The position numbers and the translations under genes were made by a program. A DNA stretch of 64,000 bases from assembly GCA_016287865.1 (NCBI GenBank), contig JAEEXP010000002.1, forward strand, positions 7,859 through 71,858, in the 5' to 3' direction. The first letter of the stretch is position 1. Each line of letters opens with the position of its first letter. This document shows positions 10,490 to 18,498 of this stretch, piece by piece. The notes under the pieces are model-generated. The model was not told the DNA's origin. It worked only from the letters and a program-made list of their open reading frames with translations, and made no database searches. This DNA is from Bacillales bacterium (lineage in GTDB: Bacteria; Bacillota_I; Bacilli_A; Izemoplasmatales; UBA1188).

Positions 10490-10506
10490 GTCGCATTCAA
10501 TGCGAC
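10490..10506. promoter_or_regulatory. Palindrome GTCGCA-N5-TGCGAC (operator or terminator) upstream of the vWA gene promoter
   Basis: Perfect 6-bp arms, T-run after, TATAAT at 10528. Confidence 0.5.
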
Positions 10507-10570
10507 CTTTTTTATTTTAAAAACTTATATAATCCTCATGTAAATAAATTAAACACGGAGGATTATATTT

Positions 10571-11218
10571 ATGAAAAAAGGTTTAACTGAATTAGTATTT
10601 GTATTAGATATGAGTGGATCAATGAGTGGTCTAACTCAAGACACTATTGGAGGATTTAATTCTTTAATAGAGAAACAAAAGAAAGAAGAGGGTGATGCTA
10701 TTGTTACTCTCGCAGTATTTAATAATGAGGTATATTCAATCTTTGATAGAATTCCAATCAAAGACGTGAAGAAACTCACAGAAAAAGATTACTGCCCACA
10801 AGGTTGTACTGCCTTACTCGATGCGGTAGGATTTACTATCAATCATATTGATGCGAAACATCTAGAATTAAAAGATGAATTCTTACCTGAAAAAGTAATG
10901 ATGGTTATTACCACAGACGGTATGGAAAACTCAAGTGAAGAATATACTTATACAAGCATAAGAAGAATGATTGATAAGAAAAAAGAACTTGGTTGGGAAT
11001 TTATTTTCTTAGGCGCAAATATTGATGTTCAAACTGAAGCACGTAAGTTTGGCATTAATGAAGCAAATGCTGCTGAATATAACTGTGATAAAGAAGGCCT
11101 AAAAATTAGTTATGATGTCTTAAGTAAGGCAGTATGCCAAGTTAGAGCGACTGGCTCAGTAGATAAGAAGTGGCGTGCAAAAATTGATAAAGACGTAAAA
11201 GAGCGTAAAACTAAATAG
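10571..11218 (+). CDS. Stand-alone von Willebrand factor A domain protein
   Basis: MIDAS DMSGSM, TALLDAVG, ITTDGMENSS, WEFIFLGAN. Confidence 0.9.
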   Translation: MKKGLTELVFVLDMSGSMSGLTQDTIGGFNSLIEKQKKEEGDAIVTLAVFNNEVYSIFDRIPIKDVKKLTEKDYCPQGCTALLDAVGFTINHIDAKHLELKDEFLPEKVMMVITTDGMENSSEEYTYTSIRRMIDKKKELGWEFIFLGANIDVQTEARKFGINEANAAEYNCDKEGLKISYDVLSKAVCQVRATGSVDKKWRAKIDKDVKERKTK

Positions 11219-11243
11219 ATTTCATTTCATCTCCTTTCTCTTA

Positions 11244-11282
11244 CTATAAAAGCTTGCCCCCTCGCAAGCTTTTATAGTTTTT
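11244..11282 (+). terminator. Intrinsic terminator
   Basis: CTATAAAAGCTTGC/GCAAGCTTTTATAG plus T-run. Confidence 0.75.
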
Positions 11283-11316
11283 TATTTATAAATAAAATAT
11301 TAAAAATTAAAGGTAT

Positions 11317-11331
11317 GCAACAGACAGTTGC
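11317..11331. promoter_or_regulatory. Putative autoregulatory operator GCAAC-N5-GTTGC
   Basis: Palindrome upstream of TATAAT (11345) of the XRE gene. Confidence 0.45.
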
Positions 11332-11381
11332 TTGTGTATATAATATAATTAAAGTATCATTGTATTAGGAAGGTGATTTAT

Positions 11382-11834
11382 ATGGAAACAAAAGAAATAT
11401 TATTACAACTTAGAACTCAAAAAGGATTGTCGCAAGATGAACTTGCAGAAAAGATGTTTGTTACAAGACAAGCTGTCTCAAGATGGGAAACTGGCGAAAC
11501 AATTCCTAATACAGAGACTTTAAAGTTATTATCTAATTTCTATCAAGTATCTATTAATACTCTTCTTGGTTCACCAAGAAAGTTAATATGTCAATGCTGT
11601 GGCATGCCACTTGAAGATGATTCAATAATTTCAAAAGATGCTAATGGTGATTTTAATGAAGATTATTGTAAGTGGTGCTATGCAGATGGTGAATATACCT
11701 ATGATAATATGGACAATCTTATTAATGTATGCGTTAAGCATATGGTTAGTCCGGGCTTTAGTGAAGAACAAGTTCGTTCATATATGAAAAACGTTCTTCC
11801 AAATTTAAAGTATTGGAAGAATAGAGTTAATTAG
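11382..11834 (+). CDS. XRE-family transcriptional regulator with C-terminal zinc ribbon
   Basis: LSQDELAEKMFVTRQAVSRWETG HTH; CQCCGMPL...YCKWCY. Confidence 0.9.
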   Translation: METKEILLQLRTQKGLSQDELAEKMFVTRQAVSRWETGETIPNTETLKLLSNFYQVSINTLLGSPRKLICQCCGMPLEDDSIISKDANGDFNEDYCKWCYADGEYTYDNMDNLINVCVKHMVSPGFSEEQVRSYMKNVLPNLKYWKNRVN

Positions 11835-11870
11835 CATTGACTAACAAATTATTTAAGTGGTACACTTAAA

Positions 11871-11943
11871 AATGATCAGACACCATTTAGGGTTAGTCGG
11901 GCTAATGCAACAGTAAAACCTGTGGGACAATCCACAGGTTTTT
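11871..11943 (+). ncRNA. NiCo (czcD) riboswitch, compact variant with overlapping terminator
   Basis: TGATCAGAC...GTCGGGC..GCAACAG...CTGTGGGACA matches the NiCo junction pattern; terminator AAAACCTGTGG/CCACAGGTTTT; upstream TTGACT...TGGTACACT promoter; precedes a CDF exporter. Confidence 0.75.
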
Positions 11944-11962
11944 ATCTATATAGAGGTGACTT

Positions 11963-12871
11963 ATGAATAACTATAAAAACACAGTTAAAAAAGTAGGAAT
12001 AGTAACGATTACTTTAAATATATTATTAGCTATTTCTAAAGTAGTATCAGGTGTATTTGCATCATCTAGTTCTTTAATTTCAGATGGTATACACAGTATG
12101 TCTGATATCTTATCAACAATAGTAGTAATGATTGGGGCTAAGATGGCCGCAAAAGATGCGGATAAGGAGCATCCTTTTGGCCATGAAAGAATGGAATCTA
12201 TTGCGACACTAATTCTCGCATTGCTTTTAGTGTTTACCGCAGCGTTTTTGGGATACAATGCAGTTACTTCATTTATTAGTTGTTTAAATGGTACAAAAGA
12301 AGTATCTGAAGGACTAGTGTTATATATTGCATTAGTATTCGCAGTAGTATCTATAGTCACCAAAGGATGGATGTATTTCTATACTAAGAAAGAGGCAAAA
12401 AAGATTAAATCAGAAGCTTTAGCCGCAGATGCGATTCATCATCTCACAGATTCTATCTCATCAGTCGCATCACTTCTTGGTGTAATAGGTTTAATTATTG
12501 GAAAAGGATTTGCGATTGCTGACCCTATCGCATCATTTATTATTGCGTTCTTTATTTTAAAAGTTGCGATAGATATTGGAAGAAAAGCAATCTCAGAAGT
12601 TCTTGATACATCTGCGAGTGATGAATTTAATAATAGTATTAGAAAAGAAATAGAATCTAATCCACAAGTTAAAAAGATTAATTCGTTAAAGACAAGATTA
12701 TTCGCAAATAAAATATATGTAGAAGTTGAAATCGCAGTAGACGATAACTTAACTGTAAAAGAAGGACATGATATCGCTTTATCTATTCATGATTCACTAG
12801 AAGAAAAATATGAAGAGATAAAACATTGTATGATACACGTTGATCCTGCATCTATAGAAGTAAAAGAATAA
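11963..12871 (+). CDS. Cation diffusion facilitator (CDF) family metal exporter
   Basis: SDGIHSMSD, HPFGHERME, ADAIHHLTD, IHVDP; six TM segments. Confidence 0.93.
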   Translation: MNNYKNTVKKVGIVTITLNILLAISKVVSGVFASSSSLISDGIHSMSDILSTIVVMIGAKMAAKDADKEHPFGHERMESIATLILALLLVFTAAFLGYNAVTSFISCLNGTKEVSEGLVLYIALVFAVVSIVTKGWMYFYTKKEAKKIKSEALAADAIHHLTDSISSVASLLGVIGLIIGKGFAIADPIASFIIAFFILKVAIDIGRKAISEVLDTSASDEFNNSIRKEIESNPQVKKINSLKTRLFANKIYVEVEIAVDDNLTVKEGHDIALSIHDSLEEKYEEIKHCMIHVDPASIEVKE

Positions 12872-12904
12872 GTGGAGCATTTTGCCCCACTTATTTTATA
12901 ATTT

Positions 12905-13360
12905 TAAGTATTTTTTTCTTTACTAGAGTCTTCAATTTGAACTACCGAGGATTCCTCGGTTGTTGAGTCATCTAATTCTTCCCCCCCAAAAAAATTAGTT
13001 CTACATTTTTGCCAAATACTATTTCTTCAACATTTGCCCATTTTCTAAATTGAGTGCCGCGATTCGAATAGACCCTATATCCTATAGCAATAATCATATC
13101 GAGATTATAGCATTTTACATTGAATGTTTTTTTCATCAGAAGCAGTAGTTCGGAAATTCCGAACAACTGAATCGTCTAACTCATTTTCTGCAAAAATATG
13201 GTTAATATGTTCACTTATATTTACTTTAGATGATTCAAATAAAGAACATATTTGCTTTAGGCTTAACCATACAGTGTCTTACTCAGGTTCTATCCTCACA
13301 TCTAGACAAACTTCCCATATTAAATTTGATTAAATCGTATTTCTTTTCTTCATTTTGCAT
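12905..13360 (-). pseudogene. Degenerate second RhuM-family copy fused to a fragment of a third
   Basis: Reads MQNEEKKYDLIKF / LDVRIEPE*DTVWLS...ELDDSVVRNFRTTASD / YNLDMIIAIGYRV...FRKWAN, then ELDDSTTEESSVVQIE; frameshifts, an internal stop and a large deletion relative to 13350..14213. Confidence 0.8.
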
Positions 13361-14213
13361 GTTTATGTACTCTTTTTAATATTTCGTTTTTATTAAAGCT
13401 TTCGACTTTTATAATACTAAATCTTTTCTTGCCTATACTATTTATAGAAGTTCCAAGTATGTAAACTAAATCATCCACAATAATATATCTATCGTGAAAA
13501 ATGTTAGTGTGTATTATTGTAATATTGCTTGGAACTTCTTTATTATTTAAATAAGAAGAAGGAGAAGTAATGATAGTCGTCTTTACTTCTACGTCTTTAA
13601 GCATAGTCAACAAAAAGTCATCTGCATAATTATCGATAATTATTAATTCTTGTTTGGCTAAGAAGAATAACTTTCTTATAAGTGTATAAGGTTCAAAAAT
13701 TTCTCCCTCAAATATGATTTCTGCGTTTTTACCAAATATAATTTCTTCTGCGTTGTTCATTCTTGATTCTAAAGCATTATATTTATTCTCTAAACTAATT
13801 AGATTAGTTGAACAAGATAAGCATCTTTCTTCGTTGATAACGTGACCTTTAAGCAAGAACTCTTTTAATATGGAGTTTGCCCATTGCCTGAATTTAACTG
13901 CAATTTTTGAGTTTATTCTATATCCAACTGATATAATCATATCGAGATTAAAATATTTAACATTACGTTTGATAACACGATTTCCTTCAACTTGAACTTT
14001 TTCCAAAACGGAAATAGTTGAAGTATTTAGTTCACCATCATTAAGTATATTTGAAATATGCTTACTAATAGCAGGCACATTAACACCAAACAATTGTGCA
14101 ATTTCATCTTGTGTTAACCATACAGTGTCATCATTTGGTTCGACTCTTACATCTAGGCTAAACTCCCCATCTTCAAATTTGATTAAATCGTATTTCCTTT
14201 CCTCTTTTTGCAT
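13350..14213 (-). CDS. RhuM-family DNA-binding protein with C-terminal PLD-like domain
   Basis: DTVWLTQDEIAQLF, YFNLDMIISVGYRINS..FRQWAN; C-terminal IIIDNY...FHDRYIIVD..LGTSIN; GGAGG RBS. Confidence 0.85.
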   Translation of the reverse strand: MQKEERKYDLIKFEDGEFSLDVRVEPNDDTVWLTQDEIAQLFGVNVPAISKHISNILNDGELNTSTISVLEKVQVEGNRVIKRNVKYFNLDMIISVGYRINSKIAVKFRQWANSILKEFLLKGHVINEERCLSCSTNLISLENKYNALESRMNNAEEIIFGKNAEIIFEGEIFEPYTLIRKLFFLAKQELIIIDNYADDFLLTMLKDVEVKTTIITSPSSYLNNKEVPSNITIIHTNIFHDRYIIVDDLVYILGTSINSIGKKRFSIIKVESFNKNEILKRVHKHAK

Positions 14214-14230
14214 ATTTATTTCCTCCTTTT

Positions 14231-14320
14231 TTAGCAAAATAAAAGCCCTATCGAGTATTTCTCAATAGGGCTTGAGTTAATTAGATTTAGTTGTAGCAAT
14301 TTAATCTTTTTCTTTTTCAT
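14231..14320 (-). CDS. Putative 29-aa leader ORF (MKKKKIKLLQLNLINSSPIEKYSIGLLFC)
   Basis: GGTGGT RBS and TGTTATAAT upstream; spans a terminator-like hairpin; stops just before the rhuM RBS. Confidence 0.3.
   Translation of the reverse strand: MKKKKIKLLQLNLINSSPIEKYSIGLLFC
14236..14273 (-). terminator. Terminator-like hairpin upstream of the RhuM gene
   Basis: Minus strand AAGCCCTATTGAG...CTCGATAGGGCTT followed by TTATTTT. Confidence 0.6.
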
Positions 14321-14351
14321 AATTACCACCACTTTGATTATAACATATTAT

Positions 14352-15368
14352 TTATCTTCCGAACACTTCGTTAAATAATTCTGGGTCATCAGTCATTATG
14401 CAGTCAGCGCCAAGTTTAGCCAAATGTTCCATTTCATCTCTATCATTAATAGTCCAGAATTGAACGGCTATTCCTCTTTGATGTGCTCTTTTGATGATGG
14501 TTTTTCTATCTAATTTTAGTTTAGTAACTTTAATATTAAAAGAAGTAGGAATTTGAAGACATGCGAAGTCAGCTTTACATAATAGATTAACTCCAAATAA
14601 TTGAGTTAGAATAAATCCGGCTGCATCTCCAACTGAGGCACCACGAAGTAGTGTTGGATGTGTTTCTTTTAAGTATTTTGATATTTCATCGTGGAATGTT
14701 CCAATAACTACTCTAGATTTATATTTAGGGAAATAACTAGTTAAAAGATTATTTAGAATGTCAGCGGCTTTCATTCCTTCTTCGCCACCATTCTTAATTT
14801 CAACTATAAACATTAATGTAGGATTTGTTTCATAGAATTCGTTAAATAATTCTTCAACTTCAAGAATTTGAAGATCATTAGCTTTTAAAACTTCTTGTCT
14901 ATTAGCTTGATCAACGGATACAAGATTCTCGTATGGTCGATTTCCGTTTTTGTCTTCAAAATTATAACCAAAGTTAAAGTTTTTAAGTTCTTCTAAAGTG
15001 TAATCAGCGATATAGTGTTTATTTGTTGAATCATCAAATAGTTGAACATCACTCATTCTATCGATATATCCATCATGTGAATATACTAAATATCCATCTT
15101 TAGTCATCCATAAATCTGATTCAATAATATCGATATGATAATTGTTTACTGCGGCCTTATACGCTTTAAGCGTATTCTCAGGATTATTTAGTGAGCCTCC
15201 TCTGTGAGCCGCCAGCATGGGTATATCACTATTCTCATTAATAAATAGATTATCTTTGAATGCTTTTCTTGGTGGAATAATATTCACTAAAAAGAAGAAT
15301 AGTGCGAGTACTCCAACTATTGACGCTAATATTATTAGTCCTTTTTTATATTTCTTTCTTTTACTCAT
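14352..15368 (-). CDS. Membrane-anchored glycerophosphodiester phosphodiesterase
   Basis: AHRGG, PENT, IESD, HD, VEIK, WTIND, IMTDDP. Confidence 0.92.
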   Translation of the reverse strand: MSKRKKYKKGLIILASIVGVLALFFFLVNIIPPRKAFKDNLFINENSDIPMLAAHRGGSLNNPENTLKAYKAAVNNYHIDIIESDLWMTKDGYLVYSHDGYIDRMSDVQLFDDSTNKHYIADYTLEELKNFNFGYNFEDKNGNRPYENLVSVDQANRQEVLKANDLQILEVEELFNEFYETNPTLMFIVEIKNGGEEGMKAADILNNLLTSYFPKYKSRVVIGTFHDEISKYLKETHPTLLRGASVGDAAGFILTQLFGVNLLCKADFACLQIPTSFNIKVTKLKLDRKTIIKRAHQRGIAVQFWTINDRDEMEHLAKLGADCIMTDDPELFNEVFGR

Positions 15369-15415
15369 AAAATTATTATATCACAATGTGATACAATAAA
15401 CTTGCGAGGTATAGA

Positions 15416-16003
15416 ATGACTGAATTTGAAAAGATGATTAATAATGTAATCTATGACCCTATGGATAAAGAGTTAGTTGATTTAAGAACTAAAGCTCATA
15501 GATTATCAAAGGATTATAGTGATACATATGATGATGAATTTGCTAAGAGAAAAGTGATATTAAAAGAGTTACTACCTAATGCATCAGATGATGTGAATAT
15601 AGAAGGACCAGTATACTTTGATTATGGAGTAAACACATATATTGGAAAAAGATTCTTTGCGAACTATAATTTTACTGTATTAGATTGTGCGAAAGTAATA
15701 ATTGGGGATGATGTCTTTATCGCACCTAATGTATCTATCTATACTGCCTATCATCCAATTAAATATAAAGATAGAAATGGATATGAAAGAGAAGATGGAG
15801 TAATCACTGATAAAGAATATGCGAAAGAAATAGTGATTGGATCTAACGTATGGATTGGTGGAAGTGTAACTATTTTACCTGGTGTACATATTGGTGATGG
15901 ATGTGTGATTGGAGCTGGTTCTGTGGTCACAAAAGATACTGAACCTAACTCAATTTATGTTGGAAATCCCGCAAAAATGCTTAAAAGAATAGATAATGAT
16001 TAA
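15416..16003 (+). CDS. Sugar (maltose-type) O-acetyltransferase
   Basis: DYGVN, hexapeptide repeats, WIGG..ILPGVHIG, GNPA. Confidence 0.9.
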   Translation: MTEFEKMINNVIYDPMDKELVDLRTKAHRLSKDYSDTYDDEFAKRKVILKELLPNASDDVNIEGPVYFDYGVNTYIGKRFFANYNFTVLDCAKVIIGDDVFIAPNVSIYTAYHPIKYKDRNGYEREDGVITDKEYAKEIVIGSNVWIGGSVTILPGVHIGDGCVIGAGSVVTKDTEPNSIYVGNPAKMLKRIDND

Positions 16004-16119
16004 GAAAAAGACATATTTGTTGTCTTTTTTCTTTTATGTAAGTGTTTTCTATATTGTTAAAAACAATATAATTTGATAAAATACTAAAGGTTAAATATAT
16101 AAAAAATATGGAGAGTTTT

Positions 16120-16608
16120 ATGGGAAAGTTAAACAAGACTGCAGAATCTCATATCCTAGAGATTATAAGTAGGTACAAAAACGAAAAAACACCATTAATG
16201 CTTATTCTAAGTGACATCCAAAATGAATATGGATACATCCCACTAGAAGTACAAGAAATTGTATCAGCTGAAACTGGTATTCCTGTAGCAGAAATTTATG
16301 GTGTAGTAACATTCTATTCATATTTTTCTTTAAAACCAAAAGGAAAGTATGTAATTGGTGTTTGCTTAGGAACTGCTTGCTATGTTAAAGGATCACAAAA
16401 CATTATCGACAAGTTCCAAGAATTACTTAACATTAAACCTGGTGAAACTACTGAAGACGGTTTATTCACACTTGATGCATTAAGATGCATTGGTGCATGT
16501 GGTATCGCTCCAGCAGTATCTATTAATGGTAAAGTTTATTCTAAGATGACAGTAAGCCAAGTTTCTGAAGTAATTGAATCTTATAGAAAGGAGGCTCAAA
16601 ATGTTTAA
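16120..16608 (+). CDS. hydC: Electron-bifurcating hydrogenase subunit C (NuoE-like, 2Fe-2S)
   Basis: VCLGTACYVKG and CIGACG motifs. Confidence 0.9.
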   Translation: MGKLNKTAESHILEIISRYKNEKTPLMLILSDIQNEYGYIPLEVQEIVSAETGIPVAEIYGVVTFYSYFSLKPKGKYVIGVCLGTACYVKGSQNIIDKFQELLNIKPGETTEDGLFTLDALRCIGACGIAPAVSINGKVYSKMTVSQVSEVIESYRKEAQNV

Positions 16609-18484
16609 GAGTTTTGAAGAATTCGACAAGAAGTCTAATGCTTGTGTTGAATGCATTGAAAAGAAATTCAATGGCCAAGATGGTAAAAGACACATTTTAG
16701 TATGTGGTGGTACAGGCTGTCTTTCTTCTAGATCTGAAGAAATCATTGAAAGCTTTGAAGCATTAATTGCTGAAAACCATTATGAAGATAAAGTAACAGT
16801 AAACAAAGTAGGTTGCTTTGGTTTCTGTTCACAAGGTCCATTCGTTAAAATCTTCCCAGAAGATACATTATATAGAATGGTTAAAGTAGAAGATACAAAA
16901 GAAATCTTCGAAAAAGATATCATGGGTGGAGAAATTGTTGAAAGATTACTTTACGTTGATCCACAAACTAAAGAAAAAGTTACTAAACAAGATGATATCA
17001 ACTTCTATAAGAAACAAATAAGAATCGCTCTTCACGGATGTGGAGCTATCAATCCTGAACAAATTGAAGAAACACTTGGTGTTGGTTCATTTAAGGGTTT
17101 AGAAAGAGCTCTTAAGATGGATAGAGCTGATGTAATTAAAGAAATCTTAGATTCTGGTTTAAGAGGAAGAGGCGGAGGAGGATTCCCTACAGGCCGTAAA
17201 TGGCAATTCGCTTATGCTCAACAATCAGATGAAAAATATGTAGTATGTAACGGTGATGAAGGCGATCCAGGAGCATTCATGGATAGATCTATCCTTGAAG
17301 GTAACCCAATCGCAGTTATTGAAGGTATGATGATTGCTGGTTATGCAATCGGTGCTAAGAACGGTTATTTCTATGTTCGTGCTGAATACCCAATCGCTGT
17401 TAACAGACTTAGAATCGCTATTAAACAAGCTGAAGAACTTGGTTTAATCGGTGATAACATCATGGGAACTGACTTCTCATTTAGAGTACACTTAAGACTT
17501 GGTGCTGGTGCATTCGTTTGTGGTGAAGAAACAGCTCTTTTAAATTCAATCGAAGGTCAACGTGGTATGCCACGTCCTCGTCCACCATTCCCAGCTGTAA
17601 AGGGACTTTGGGGTCAACCAACTATTATCAATAACGTTGAAACACTCGCAACTGTTCCATACATCTTAAGAGAAGGTGCTGCTAAGTTTGCATCACTTGG
17701 TACTGAAAAATCTAAAGGTACTAAAGTATTCGCGCTTGGTGGAAAAGTAAATAACGTAGGACTTGTAGAAGTTCCTATGGGTACAACTTTAAGAGAATTA
17801 ATCTATGATATCGGTGGTGGTATCCCTAATGGTAAGAAGTTTAAAGCTATTCAAACTGGTGGACCATCTGGAGGATGTTTAACTGTTGATGATCTAGATG
17901 CTGAAATCGACTATGATAACTTAATCGCTAGAGGCTCAATGATGGGTTCTGGTGGAGCTATCGTTATGGATGAAGATAACTGTATGGTTGACGTAGCTAA
18001 GTTCTATATGGAATTTATCTGTGATGAATCATGCGGTAAGTGTTCTCCTTGTAGAATTGGTACTAAGAGAATGCTTGAAATATTAACAAGAATTACTGAA
18101 GGCAAAGGCACTATGCAAGATCTTGAAGACTTAGAAGAACTTGCAGTAGCAGTTAAGGCTAACTCACTTTGTGGTTTAGGACAAACTGCCGCTAACCCTA
18201 TCGTATCTACTATGAGTAAATTCAGAAATGAATATCTTGCTCATATTCAAGATAAGAAGTGTCCAGCTCATGTATGTAAGAACTTAATGGAATATGTAAT
18301 TGACAAAGAAAAATGTATCGGTTGTGGTATGTGTGCTAGAAACTGCCCTGTTTCAACTATTACTAGAACTGATTACATCGCTCAAGGTCATAAACTTGCA
18401 TCTATGGAAATTGATCCATCTAAATGTATTAAATGTGGTATGTGCCAATCTGTATGTAAATTTGGCGCTGTATCAAAGAGATAA
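16601..18484 (+). CDS. hydB: Electron-bifurcating hydrogenase subunit B (NuoF-like, FMN/NADH)
   Basis: GRGGGGFPTG, NGDEGDPG, GAFVCGEET, ESCGKC.PCRIG, C-terminal 2x[4Fe-4S]. Confidence 0.93.
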   Translation: MFKSFEEFDKKSNACVECIEKKFNGQDGKRHILVCGGTGCLSSRSEEIIESFEALIAENHYEDKVTVNKVGCFGFCSQGPFVKIFPEDTLYRMVKVEDTKEIFEKDIMGGEIVERLLYVDPQTKEKVTKQDDINFYKKQIRIALHGCGAINPEQIEETLGVGSFKGLERALKMDRADVIKEILDSGLRGRGGGGFPTGRKWQFAYAQQSDEKYVVCNGDEGDPGAFMDRSILEGNPIAVIEGMMIAGYAIGAKNGYFYVRAEYPIAVNRLRIAIKQAEELGLIGDNIMGTDFSFRVHLRLGAGAFVCGEETALLNSIEGQRGMPRPRPPFPAVKGLWGQPTIINNVETLATVPYILREGAAKFASLGTEKSKGTKVFALGGKVNNVGLVEVPMGTTLRELIYDIGGGIPNGKKFKAIQTGGPSGGCLTVDDLDAEIDYDNLIARGSMMGSGGAIVMDEDNCMVDVAKFYMEFICDESCGKCSPCRIGTKRMLEILTRITEGKGTMQDLEDLEELAVAVKANSLCGLGQTAANPIVSTMSKFRNEYLAHIQDKKCPAHVCKNLMEYVIDKEKCIGCGMCARNCPVSTITRTDYIAQGHKLASMEIDPSKCIKCGMCQSVCKFGAVSKR

Positions 18485-18498
18485 TGGAGGATATATAA

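Noticed and set aside
12972-13333. ORF-track entries 12972..13166 (-) and 13124..13333 (+) as real genes
   Set aside because: They are a frameshifted piece and an antisense shadow of the RhuM pseudogene
9814-14320. Genomic island integrated at tRNA-Arg(CCT)
   Set aside because: Genes look accessory, but no integrase and no duplicated tRNA 3' end were found
16040-16080. Rex operator upstream of hydC (TTGTTAAAAACAATATAA)
   Set aside because: Only one half-site resembles the consensus, in very AT-rich DNA
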